Shown here: positions 1 through 7,570 of the stretch, piece by piece
Layout of the letters: every line of letters begins with the position of its first letter
How positions within the stretch are numbered: the stretch's first letter is position 1
Assembly (NCBI RefSeq): GCF_042660085.1
Contig: NZ_JBHSTI010000008.1
Span: 1,569,876 to 1,601,875 of the forward strand
DNA length: 32,000 bases
Source of the DNA: Longivirga aurantiaca
GTDB lineage: Bacteria; Actinomycetota; Actinomycetes; S36-B12; CAIYMF01
Reading direction: 5' to 3'
Translations under genes and position numbers: made by a program
Notes under the pieces: model-generated
Seen by the model: the letters and a program-made list of their open reading frames with translations, nothing else
Databases searched by the model: none
What the model was told of the DNA's origin: nothing

Positions 1-801
1 GAGCGGCCGGGCTGGGAGTGCTTCGGCGGTCCGGGCCTGCCGTCGAAGAGCCGGAACGTGATGGACGGCCTCGACGCGGCACCCTGGCTCGCGGGCTGGG
101 CACCCGGCGGTCGGGAGAACCTGTTCGCGGACGAGGTCGGCGTACCCCTGTCGGCCGGGAGCCAGGTCGTCATCCAGATGCACTACAACCTGCGCGTGGC
201 CACCGGCGATGCCGCGGCCGACAACACGCAGGTGCGGCTGCGGACGTCGTCCCGCACCGACCTCGAGCCGCTGCGCACGACGCTCCTGCCGGCGCCGGTC
301 GAGCTCCCGTGCGCCGAGGGCCAGTCCGGCCCGCTGTGCTCGCGCGGCAGCTCCGTCGCGGACGTCGTACGCCGGTTCGGCCAGGGATCGATGCGCACGA
401 TCGGCGGCCTGCAGCTGCTGTGCGACGGCGACCCGTTCGCACCGAAGGCCGGGGCCACCCAGAGCTGCGTGCGGAAGGTCAGGGCACCCGAGACGGTGCG
501 CGCGGCAGCGGGCCACATGCACCTGCTCGGCAAGAGCATCACGATCGTCGCCAACGAGGGCACCAGCCGCGAGCGCACGCTGCTCGACATCCCGGTGTGG
601 GACTTCGACGACCAGTCCGCGCGCCCGCTCGACACCCCGGTGGCGCTGAAGCCGGGCGACACGATCACGGTGACGTGCACGCACGACGCCGCGCTGCGCG
701 ACCAGCTGCCCTCCCTGCAGGACGTGCCGGACCGCTACGTGGTCTGGGGCGAGGGCACCACCGACGAGATGTGCCTCGGCATCCTGCTGGTCACGGACTG
801 A
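1..801 (+). CDS. copper type II ascorbate-dependent monooxygenase-like protein (PHM/DBM C-terminal domain), 5' truncated by window
   Basis: Frame 1 is open from base 1 (ERPGWECFGGPGLPSKSRNVMDGLDAAPWLAGWAPGG...) to TGA at 799-801. Motifs: VVIQMHYNL, GHMHLLGKSI and DEMCLG, typical of the Cu-monooxygenase C-terminal domain. Confidence 0.8.
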   Translation, partial: ERPGWECFGGPGLPSKSRNVMDGLDAAPWLAGWAPGGRENLFADEVGVPLSAGSQVVIQMHYNLRVATGDAAADNTQVRLRTSSRTDLEPLRTTLLPAPVELPCAEGQSGPLCSRGSSVADVVRRFGQGSMRTIGGLQLLCDGDPFAPKAGATQSCVRKVRAPETVRAAAGHMHLLGKSITIVANEGTSRERTLLDIPVWDFDDQSARPLDTPVALKPGDTITVTCTHDAALRDQLPSLQDVPDRYVVWGEGTTDEMCLGILLVTD

Positions 802-826
802 GCACGGGGGAGTCGGCAGTCCGCCA

Positions 827-849
827 GAACGCTAGAGGGTCTAGCGTTC
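827..849. promoter_or_regulatory. perfect inverted repeat GAACGCTAGA-GGG-TCTAGCGTTC, candidate TetR/MarR-type operator for the MFS exporter
   Basis: 10-bp arms with a 3-bp spacer, ending 4 bp before the GTG start at 854. Confidence 0.65.
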
Positions 850-853
850 AGGT

Positions 854-2521
854 GTGACCGACCAGGGGACGACGACGAGCGCGCCGACCACCGACGCACC
901 TCGCACGAGCTGGGTGCCGATGCTGTTCATCGGCCTCGGCACGGCGATGTTCATCATGGACGCGACGATCGTCAACGTCTCGCTCCCGTCCATCATCCGC
1001 GACCTCGGGATCTCCTCGGTCGACGCCGAGTGGGTCAACGCGGTCTACGCGCTCGTCTTCGCGGCGCTCCTGATCATCGCCGGCCGGGTGGGGGACCGGG
1101 TCGGCCGTCGCCTGGTCTTCATCATCGGCGCCATCGTGTTCGGCGTCGCCAGCGTCATCGCCGCCCGCACCGGCGACGGCACGGCCCTCATCGCCGCCCG
1201 CGCGCTCCAGGGTGTCGGCGGCGCGATGATGTCGCCCGCCTCGCTGTCGCTGGTGAACTCGATCTACGTCGGCCGCGCGCGGCTGGTCGCGTTCGCGATC
1301 TACGGCTCGATCATCGGAGGCATGGCGGCGATCGGGCCGCTGCTCGGCGGCTGGCTCACCGAGAACCACTCCTGGCGCTGGGCGTTCTACATCAACGTCC
1401 CGATCGTCATCCTCATCGTCGTCGGGTCGCTGCTGAAGGTGCCGGAGAGCAAGGACGAGCACATCGAGAAGGGCTTCGACCTCCTCGGCGCGGCCCTGTC
1501 CGCCGTCGGCATCGGCGCCCTCGTCTTCGGCCTCATCGAGGGCCGCAACTACGGCTGGATCCGCACGACGCGCGAGATGACGTTCGCGAACATCACCATC
1601 CCCGAGGGCTCCATCTCGCCCGTGCTGTGGGCCTTCCTGGTCTCGCTCGTGGGCATCCTCCTGCTGCTCCTCGTCGAGAGCCGGCGCTCCCGCGCGGGAA
1701 AGGTCGTGCTCCTCGACCTCCGGCTCTTCCGCATCACGACCTTCAGCCTGGGCAGCTTCGCCGGCCTCATCGTGAGCCTGGGGGAGTTCGGGATCCTGTT
1801 CTCGCTCCCGCTCTTCCTGCAGAGCGTCCTCGGCTACACGGCCTTCGGAGCGGGCGCGATGCTCGCGACACTGGCGATCGGCGCGTTCCTCGCGGGTCCG
1901 ACGTCCGCGCAGATGGCGCAACGGCGGTCGCCGCGCTTCGTCGCCCGCCTCGGCATGGGGCTCGAGGCGATCGCCATCCTCGGGCTCGGGCTCACGCTGT
2001 CGACCACGGTCAGCAGCTGGGTGATCGCGTTCTGGCTCGTCGTGTACGGCGTCGGCGTGGGCTACGCGAGCGCACAGCTCACGAGCCTGATCCTCGCCGA
2101 CGTACCGCGGCGCCAGAGCGGCCAAGCCTCCGGCACGCAGAGCACCGCCCGGCAGATCGGCTCCGCCCTGGGCACGGCCGTGCTCGGCACCGTCCTGTTC
2201 GTGACGCTGTCCGCACAGACCGAGACCAACCTCGCGGCAGTGCCCGGTCTCGACGACACCCAGCGCCAGCAGATCGCCGACGTGGTCGAGCAGTCCGCGG
2301 GCACCGCGATCCCCGGTCTCGCCGAGCAGCCCGGGGGAGAGGCTGTCGCATCGGCGGCTGGCGAGGCGTTCGCGACGGCCATCAGCCTCACCGCCTACAC
2401 CGCGGCCGGCTTCGTCTTCCTCGGCCTGCTGGCCACCCTCGGCCTGCCCGCGAGCGGCGCGCGTCGCGAGGACGACGAACCCGACCCGCACGAGCCGGCG
2501 TCCGACACCGTGGCCGCCTGA
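854..2521 (+). CDS. MFS transporter, DHA2 family (EmrB/QacA-like drug exporter)
   Basis: 555 aa, 14-TM-like; N-terminal motif MLFIGLGTAMFIMDATIVNVSLPSIIRDLG, AGRVGDRVGRR, ALQGVGGAMMSPASLSLV. Confidence 0.9.
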   Translation: MTDQGTTTSAPTTDAPRTSWVPMLFIGLGTAMFIMDATIVNVSLPSIIRDLGISSVDAEWVNAVYALVFAALLIIAGRVGDRVGRRLVFIIGAIVFGVASVIAARTGDGTALIAARALQGVGGAMMSPASLSLVNSIYVGRARLVAFAIYGSIIGGMAAIGPLLGGWLTENHSWRWAFYINVPIVILIVVGSLLKVPESKDEHIEKGFDLLGAALSAVGIGALVFGLIEGRNYGWIRTTREMTFANITIPEGSISPVLWAFLVSLVGILLLLLVESRRSRAGKVVLLDLRLFRITTFSLGSFAGLIVSLGEFGILFSLPLFLQSVLGYTAFGAGAMLATLAIGAFLAGPTSAQMAQRRSPRFVARLGMGLEAIAILGLGLTLSTTVSSWVIAFWLVVYGVGVGYASAQLTSLILADVPRRQSGQASGTQSTARQIGSALGTAVLGTVLFVTLSAQTETNLAAVPGLDDTQRQQIADVVEQSAGTAIPGLAEQPGGEAVASAAGEAFATAISLTAYTAAGFVFLGLLATLGLPASGARREDDEPDPHEPASDTVAA

Positions 2522-2536
2522 GCGAGCGCGCGCTGG

Positions 2537-2781
2537 GTGCCTCCACGCTCGGCGTCCGGGCTGGCGGCCCTGGCGCTGCGGACCCTCGTGCTGTGGGGCC
2601 CGTGGGTGCTCGCAGGGTTCGTCGCCAGCAGCTCGACCTCGAGCACCGCGCTGGTCGTGGCCGCCGTCGTGCTGTCGCCGCTGTGGATCGCGGTCGTCGT
2701 CGTGCTGACGCTGCGCGACACCGGACGTCGTGCGCCGCACGAACGCGCGTCCGGCACCCGGACCGTATGCGCGAGCCCTAG
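2537..2781 (+). CDS. small two-TM membrane protein; 3' boundary uncertain (frame stays open without a credible C-terminus)
   Basis: LRTLVLWGPWVLAGFVASSS...ALVVAAVVLSPLWIAVVVVLTLRD has GC3-rich coding character. The given ORF runs to 3268 in the same frame but overlaps a better-supported ORF. The end given here is approximate (a TAG lies in another frame at 2779-2781). Confidence 0.3.
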
Positions 2782-2837
2782 GAGAGGGGACGGTCCTTCT
2801 TCCGTGGGCCACCCGTCACGGGGCTCCGTTCGGATTA

Positions 2838-2866
2838 CATTACATAATGCTCATTATCGGATAATG
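2838..2866. promoter_or_regulatory. AT-rich operator cluster of alternating half-sites CATTAC|ATAATG|CT|CATTAT|CGG|ATAATG
   Basis: Two overlapping perfect inverted repeats: ATAATG-CT-CATTAT (2844..2857) and CATTAT-CGG-ATAATG (2852..2866), in a local AT island in otherwise high-GC DNA. Confidence 0.55.
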
Positions 2867-2879
2867 CCCAGGAGCACGG

Positions 2880-3257
2880 AGGGGCGCCGCGGTCGTCCAC
2901 TGCCTCGACGAGCACCGGGTCGCGGCGTTCTACGCCTCCCTGGGCGGGCTGCTGGAGGTCGAGTCGTCGGACGGCGACGTCGTGACCCTGGAGTCCGAGC
3001 ACCTGCAGGTGTCGTCCGTGCGCGTGCCGACGCATGCCGCCGCGGCGATCCCGCTGGCCGATCCGGTGGATCGACGCGCGGACACCCCGCTGAGGCTCGT
3101 GCTGCCGGGGCCGCACCTCGCGGCCGCCCGGGCCGCAGCCTCCGGCCTCGGAGGCTCCGCCGACCCCGTCGAGCGCCAGTGGCGCCGGCGCGGCGGACGG
3201 CGCGTGGACGCCGTCGACCCCGAACGGATCGTCGTCAGCCGGCGCGAGCCGCTCTGA
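2880..3257 (+). CDS. VOC/glyoxalase-like small protein, start codon unclear (possible pseudogene or frameshift)
   Basis: Frame-0 translation RGAAVVHCLDEHRVAAFYASLGGLLEVESSDGDVVTLESEHLQVSSV... ends at TGA 3255-3257. There is no ATG/GTG/TTG between the in-frame TAA at 2862 and GTG 2982, though homology-like sequence begins about 30 codons earlier. Confidence 0.5.
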   Translation, partial: RGAAVVHCLDEHRVAAFYASLGGLLEVESSDGDVVTLESEHLQVSSVRVPTHAAAAIPLADPVDRRADTPLRLVLPGPHLAAARAAASGLGGSADPVERQWRRRGGRRVDAVDPERIVVSRREPL

Positions 3258-3302
3258 GGGCGTCCTGACGAATCGAACGTAATCGAACACGGGGCAGGGG
3301 AG

Positions 3303-3725
3303 TCAGCCCGCGTGCACCTGGTGGCCGGCGCCGCGCAGGGCCTCCACCGCCTTCTCCAGCGCCGCGGCGTGCACCAGCACGTAGTCGGTGTCGTACGTCG
3401 ACACCACGAACACGCTGACGTCGACGTCGGCCAGCGGCTGCGTGAGCCCCGCCATCACCCCGACCATCGAGAAATCGAGCGGTCCCGCCACCTCGAGCGC
3501 CCGCCAGTCGGGCTCGACCCGCACGTGCTCCCCTGTCGGCGCCTCGTCCTCGGGGCACACGATCGACAGCTCGGAGTCGGTGCGGGTGACCGACCAGAAG
3601 CGCGCGCCGGGCTCCGGGACGGGCCACGGCGAGCCGGAGGGCAGCTTGCAGACGGACAGGCGGTCGTCGAGCACTCGGAGGTCCACGACCCCATCCTGCC
3701 GCGCGCTCCCCCTGCGCTGGCTCAA
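3303..3725 (-). CDS. ACT domain-containing protein
   Basis: LRVLDDRLSVCKLPSGSPWPVPEPGARFWSVTRTDSELSIVCPE... GPLDFSMVGVMAGLTQPLADVDVSVFVVSTYDTDYVLVHAAALEKAVEALRGAGH; typical ACT-domain (COG3603-like) architecture. Confidence 0.8.
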   Translation of the reverse strand: MSQRRGSARQDGVVDLRVLDDRLSVCKLPSGSPWPVPEPGARFWSVTRTDSELSIVCPEDEAPTGEHVRVEPDWRALEVAGPLDFSMVGVMAGLTQPLADVDVSVFVVSTYDTDYVLVHAAALEKAVEALRGAGHQVHAG

Positions 3726-3799
3726 CTCCCGGACACGGCTTCGGCGAGTCCGGGACGCGCGGCCCTCCGGTCCACCATCATCTGCCCCGGAGGTCGCCC

Positions 3800-5164
3800 A
3801 TGTCCGCAGTCAGCACGGCGTCGCAGATCGACCCGGTCGAGCGTCGTCGGGAGCAACGGGGTTGGTACTGGTACGACTTCGCCAACTCGGCGTTCGTCAC
3901 CACCACGGCCACCGTCCTCGCGGGCCCGTACATCACCTCGGTCGCCAAGACCGCGGCGTGCGGCACGTCCGAGGGCGACTGCGACGTGCCGCTCACCGTC
4001 CTCGGGCTGTCGGTGAGCCCGGGCGCCCTCTACTTCTACGCCATCACGATCACGACGATCCTGTCGGCGTTCATCCTCCCGGTGGTGGGCGCGTTCGCCG
4101 ACCGCAGCGGCACCAAGAAGCGGCTGCTCGCCGGATTCGCCTGGGCCGGCTCGTTCTTCGCCGCCCTGCTGTTCTTCGTCAGCGGCGGCAACTGGCTGCT
4201 CGGCGTGCTGGCGATGATGGGCGCCTCGTTGTGCCTCGGTGCCAGCCTCGTGGTCTACGACGCGATCCTCATCGAGATCGCTACGCCCGACGAGCGCGAC
4301 GGCGTCTCCAGCCGGGGCTGGGCGCTCGGGTACGTCGGCGGCGCCCTGCTGCTCGTGATCAACCTCGCGCTGCTCACCGTGATGAAGGACGACCAGGGGC
4401 TCGCCGCCCGCATCTGCATGCTCACCGCAGCCGCCTGGTGGGCGGGCTTCACGTTCGTGCCCTTCGTCCGCCTGCGCAACCGGCCTCCGGTGAACGTCGA
4501 GAAGCTCGACGGCGGTGCGCTCGGCCGCAGCTTCGGCCAGCTCTGGCACACGCTGCAGCACGCCCGCGCGTACCCGATGACGCTGCTGTTCCTCGTGGCC
4601 TACCTGTTCTTCAACGACGGCGTGCAGACGGTCATCTACGCCTCGTCCGTGTACGGCAGCGAGGAGCTCGGCTTCGAGACCGACGTCCTGTTCATCGCGA
4701 TCCTGACCGTGCAGATCGTCGCGATCTTCGGCGCGCTGCTCCTCGGCCGTCTGGCCGGGAGGTTCGGCGCCAAGCGCGTCGTGCTCGGCAGCCTCGTGGC
4801 GTGGATGTTCGTCATCGCCGGCGGCTACCTCGTCCCGGAGAACGCGATGGTGCCGTTCATCCTGCTGGCGGCGTCGATCGGCCTCGTGCTGGGAGGCACC
4901 CAGGCGCTGTCGCGCTCGCTGTTCTCCCAGCTGATCCCACGCGGCCGGGAGGCGGAGTACTTCTCGCTCTACCAGGCGATGGAGCGCGGCACGTCGTGGC
5001 TCGGCACCCTCGCCTTCGGGCTCGCGTTCACGATCTTCGGGTCGTACCGCATCGCGATCGTGCTGCTGGTGGTGTTCTTCGTGGTCGGCGGGATCCTGCT
5101 GAGCCGCGTGGACGTCAAGCGCGGTATCCGCGAAGCGGGCAACGAGATGCCCGCGGTCGTCTGA
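3800..5164 (+). CDS. MFS transporter, UMF1 (Atg22-like) family
   Basis: 454 aa; RREQRGWYWYDFANSAFVTTTATVLAGPYITSVA and VGLVLGGTQALSRSLFSQLIPRGREAEYFSLYQAMERGTSWLG are family signatures. Confidence 0.9.
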   Translation: MSAVSTASQIDPVERRREQRGWYWYDFANSAFVTTTATVLAGPYITSVAKTAACGTSEGDCDVPLTVLGLSVSPGALYFYAITITTILSAFILPVVGAFADRSGTKKRLLAGFAWAGSFFAALLFFVSGGNWLLGVLAMMGASLCLGASLVVYDAILIEIATPDERDGVSSRGWALGYVGGALLLVINLALLTVMKDDQGLAARICMLTAAAWWAGFTFVPFVRLRNRPPVNVEKLDGGALGRSFGQLWHTLQHARAYPMTLLFLVAYLFFNDGVQTVIYASSVYGSEELGFETDVLFIAILTVQIVAIFGALLLGRLAGRFGAKRVVLGSLVAWMFVIAGGYLVPENAMVPFILLAASIGLVLGGTQALSRSLFSQLIPRGREAEYFSLYQAMERGTSWLGTLAFGLAFTIFGSYRIAIVLLVVFFVVGGILLSRVDVKRGIREAGNEMPAVV

Positions 5165-5175
5165 CCGACCTGGCA

Positions 5176-5562
5176 CTACTCCCCCGCGCGCCGCAGCGCG
5201 TACGCCGTCAGGCCCTCGGCCACGAGTCCTGACGCGCCGAACGCCGCGAGCCACAGGGCCTTGCGACGGCTGCCCCCGGCCATGCCGTCCGGCGTGGGCC
5301 GGGCGGCCTCGGCGAGGAACGCGAGCGCGTCGCCGCCGTCCGACACCGCCATCGCGGCCACCCAGCCCGACGTCGGTGCGCCGGACCGGTGGGCGGCCAG
5401 GGTGCCCAGGCCGAGCGCGAGCTCGCGCGCGCCCACCAGGCGGGTCTCCCCCGGCCTGGTCGCGCACAGAGCGGCGAGGCCGAGGCGTACGACGCCCAGC
5501 ACCGGGACCGACCGCCGCAGGCCCGTCTCCCACGACTGCGCCGCGGGGGTGATGTCGGTCAT
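5176..5562 (-). CDS. small hypothetical membrane-associated protein
   Basis: MTDITPAAQSWETGLRRSVPVLGVVRLGLAALCATRPGETRLVGARELALGLGTLAAHR...; Met at 5562 chosen over the ORF-track start at 5739. Confidence 0.6.
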   Translation of the reverse strand: MTDITPAAQSWETGLRRSVPVLGVVRLGLAALCATRPGETRLVGARELALGLGTLAAHRSGAPTSGWVAAMAVSDGGDALAFLAEAARPTPDGMAGGSRRKALWLAAFGASGLVAEGLTAYALRRAGE

Positions 5563-5732
5563 GCCTTCACCCCACCACGCCCCGGGCGCCGCCGCACCAC
5601 GGGCCCGGCGACCCGGCGGGGCAGGGCGCTGACCTGCACCTTCGCTCGATGGGCCCTCCCCCGGCCACCGAGCTCCACCGGGCCTCCGTGAGCGGTCGAT
5701 AACCGGACGGATGGTTGGAGAACGGATCCTGG

Positions 5733-5759
5733 GGAACACCAGGCGCGTCCATGCACGTT
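5733..5759 (+). promoter_or_regulatory. candidate sigmaR/sigmaH-type promoter (GGAAC-N19-GTT) upstream of rbpA
   Basis: GGAAC 5733..5737 and GTT 5757..5759, 58 bp upstream of the rbpA ATG. Confidence 0.55.
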
Positions 5760-5816
5760 GAGAGCAACAAGACCGGTCCCCCCGACCGGCGCCCGAACAC
5801 GACGACAGGATCCGAC

Positions 5817-6170
5817 ATGAGCGACGGCGCCCTCCGCGGCACGCGCCTCGGTGCGACGAGCTACGAGAACGACGACCACGTCGAGCTCGCTCCGCGCCAG
5901 GTCGTGCACTACGACTGCCCCAACGGGCACACGACGTCCATGCCCTTCAGCACCGAGGCCGAGGTCCCGGCGCTCTGGGAGTGCCACACCTGCGGTGCCG
6001 AGGCCCTCAACCGTGACGGTGAGCGCCCCGAGGCCAAGTACGTGAAGCCGGCCCGCACCCACTGGGACATGCTGCTCGAGCGCCGCACGCTCGAGGACCT
6101 CGAGGTCCTGCTCCAGGAGCGCCTCGAGCTGCTCCGCGAGACGCGCACCCCGAGCCGCAAGTCCGCCTGA
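5817..6170 (+). CDS. rbpA: RNA polymerase-binding protein RbpA
   Basis: MSDGALRGTRLGATSYENDDHVELAPRQVVHYDCPNGHTTSMPFSTEAEVPALWECHTCGAEA...RTHWDMLLERRTLEDLEVLLQERLELLR is diagnostic. Confidence 0.97.
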   Translation: MSDGALRGTRLGATSYENDDHVELAPRQVVHYDCPNGHTTSMPFSTEAEVPALWECHTCGAEALNRDGERPEAKYVKPARTHWDMLLERRTLEDLEVLLQERLELLRETRTPSRKSA

Positions 6171-6194
6171 CCACGCGATCCTCTCCCCCTCCAC

Positions 6195-6227
6195 GACGAG
6201 CCCGGTGCCACTGGCACCGGGCTCGTC
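6195..6227. terminator. bidirectional intrinsic-type hairpin between convergent rbpA and fxsA
   Basis: Perfect 15-bp stem GACGAGCCCGGTGCC / GGCACCGGGCTCGTC with 3-nt loop ACT. Confidence 0.85.
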
Positions 6228-6243
6228 TGGTGGTCGGAGGGCG

Positions 6244-6771
6244 CTACCGCGCCGGCGGGTCGTCGTCGCGGACGATCTCGCCCGCCACGATCTCGCCACG
6301 GACCGGGCGCACCTCGTCCTCGCGCACGACCGTGCCGGTGACCGTGGTGGTGGTCTGCTGGAAGACGACGCCCGCCGCGGTGGCGCGACGCCGGACCGAC
6401 CTCGAGATGGTGCGCCGCACGAACGTGCGCAGCGGCGGGATCAGCAGCAGGAGCCCGAGCGCGCTCGTGATGAGGCCCGGCACCGCGATCATCGCGCCCG
6501 CGAGGAAGACCAGGCCCGCGTCGCCGACCTCACGCCCCACCTGCTCGGCGCTGGCCTGTCCGGGCATGACCGTGACGCCGTCGGCCTGCACCGGGCGCAG
6601 CGACCGCGCGGCGGCGAAGCCGGCGCGCCGCATGACGGCCGAGCCGAGGATCACGAGCACGGCGACGGCGAGCAGCACCCCCGCCCAGCCGATGATCCCG
6701 GCGAGCCAGGACGCGACGAACCACTCGGCGACGACGTAGACGACGAGTCCGGCGAGGAAGAGCAGGCCCAT
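6244..6771 (-). CDS. fxsA: FxsA family membrane protein
   Basis: 175 aa; AEWFVASWLAGIIGWAGVLLAVAVLVILGSAVMRRAG ... AGAMIAVPGLITSALGLLLLIPPLRTFVRR. Confidence 0.85.
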   Translation of the reverse strand: MGLLFLAGLVVYVVAEWFVASWLAGIIGWAGVLLAVAVLVILGSAVMRRAGFAAARSLRPVQADGVTVMPGQASAEQVGREVGDAGLVFLAGAMIAVPGLITSALGLLLLIPPLRTFVRRTISRSVRRRATAAGVVFQQTTTTVTGTVVREDEVRPVRGEIVAGEIVRDDDPPAR

Positions 6772-6775
6772 ACCT

Positions 6776-7570
6776 CTACCAACCGCCGTGGTCGGGTGAC
6801 TTCTTCCCGGCGAGGAGTCGCTTGGCCTTCTGCGTCTTGTCCTGCACTCCCCAGACGGTGACCCGCCAGAGGGCCTCGGACACGATGCGCTGGTCCATCT
6901 TGGAGTCGCCGAGCTCGCGCTCGACGAACTCGATCGGCACCTCGGCCACGCGCAGCCCGGCCTGCACCGCGCGTCGGGCGAGGTCGACCTGGAAGCAGTA
7001 GCCCTTGCTCTCGACGCCGGACAGGTCGAGCGTGCGCAGGGTCGCGGCGCGGAACGCGCGGTAGCCGCCCGTGGCGTCCTTCAGCGGCACGCCCAGCATG
7101 ATGCGGGTGTAGACGTTGCCGCCGCGGCTGAGGACCTCGCGCGACTTCGGCCAGTTCACGACCGAGCCGCCCTTGACGTAGCGGGATCCGAGCACGAGGT
7201 CGGCGGTGCGCAGCTTCTCGAGCAGCCGGTGCAGCTGCTCCGGCTGGTGCGAGCCGTCCGCGTCCATCTCGATGACGACGTCGTACCCGTGCTCGAGCGC
7301 CCAGTCGAAGCCGGCGAGGTACGCCGCCCCGAGACCCTGCTTGCCGGCGCGGTGCATCACCTGGATGCGGTCGTCCTCGGCCGCGAGCCGGTCGGCGATG
7401 TCGCCGGTGCCGTCCGGGCTGTTGTCGTCGGCCACGAGCACGTGAACCTCGGGCAGCGCCGTGCGGACCCGGGCGACGATGCGCTCGAGGTTCTCCTTCT
7501 CGTTGTACGTCGGGATCACCACGACGATGCGACCGAGGTCGGCGAACTGCGGCGGGGTGGGCTCGCTCAC
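6776..7570 (-). CDS. ppm1: polyprenol monophosphomannose synthase (GT2)
   Basis: VVIPTYNEKENLERIVARVR...VLVADDNSPDGTGDIAD...LGAAYLAGFDWALEHGYDVVIEMDADGSHQPE. Confidence 0.92.
   Translation of the reverse strand: MSEPTPPQFADLGRIVVVIPTYNEKENLERIVARVRTALPEVHVLVADDNSPDGTGDIADRLAAEDDRIQVMHRAGKQGLGAAYLAGFDWALEHGYDVVIEMDADGSHQPEQLHRLLEKLRTADLVLGSRYVKGGSVVNWPKSREVLSRGGNVYTRIMLGVPLKDATGGYRAFRAATLRTLDLSGVESKGYCFQVDLARRAVQAGLRVAEVPIEFVERELGDSKMDQRIVSEALWRVTVWGVQDKTQKAKRLLAGKKSPDHGGW

Noticed and set aside
848-2812. 654-aa minus-strand ORF and 583-aa ORF 1030..2781 over the MFS gene
   Set aside because: Shadow ORFs; the frame at 854..2521 has unambiguous transporter motifs.
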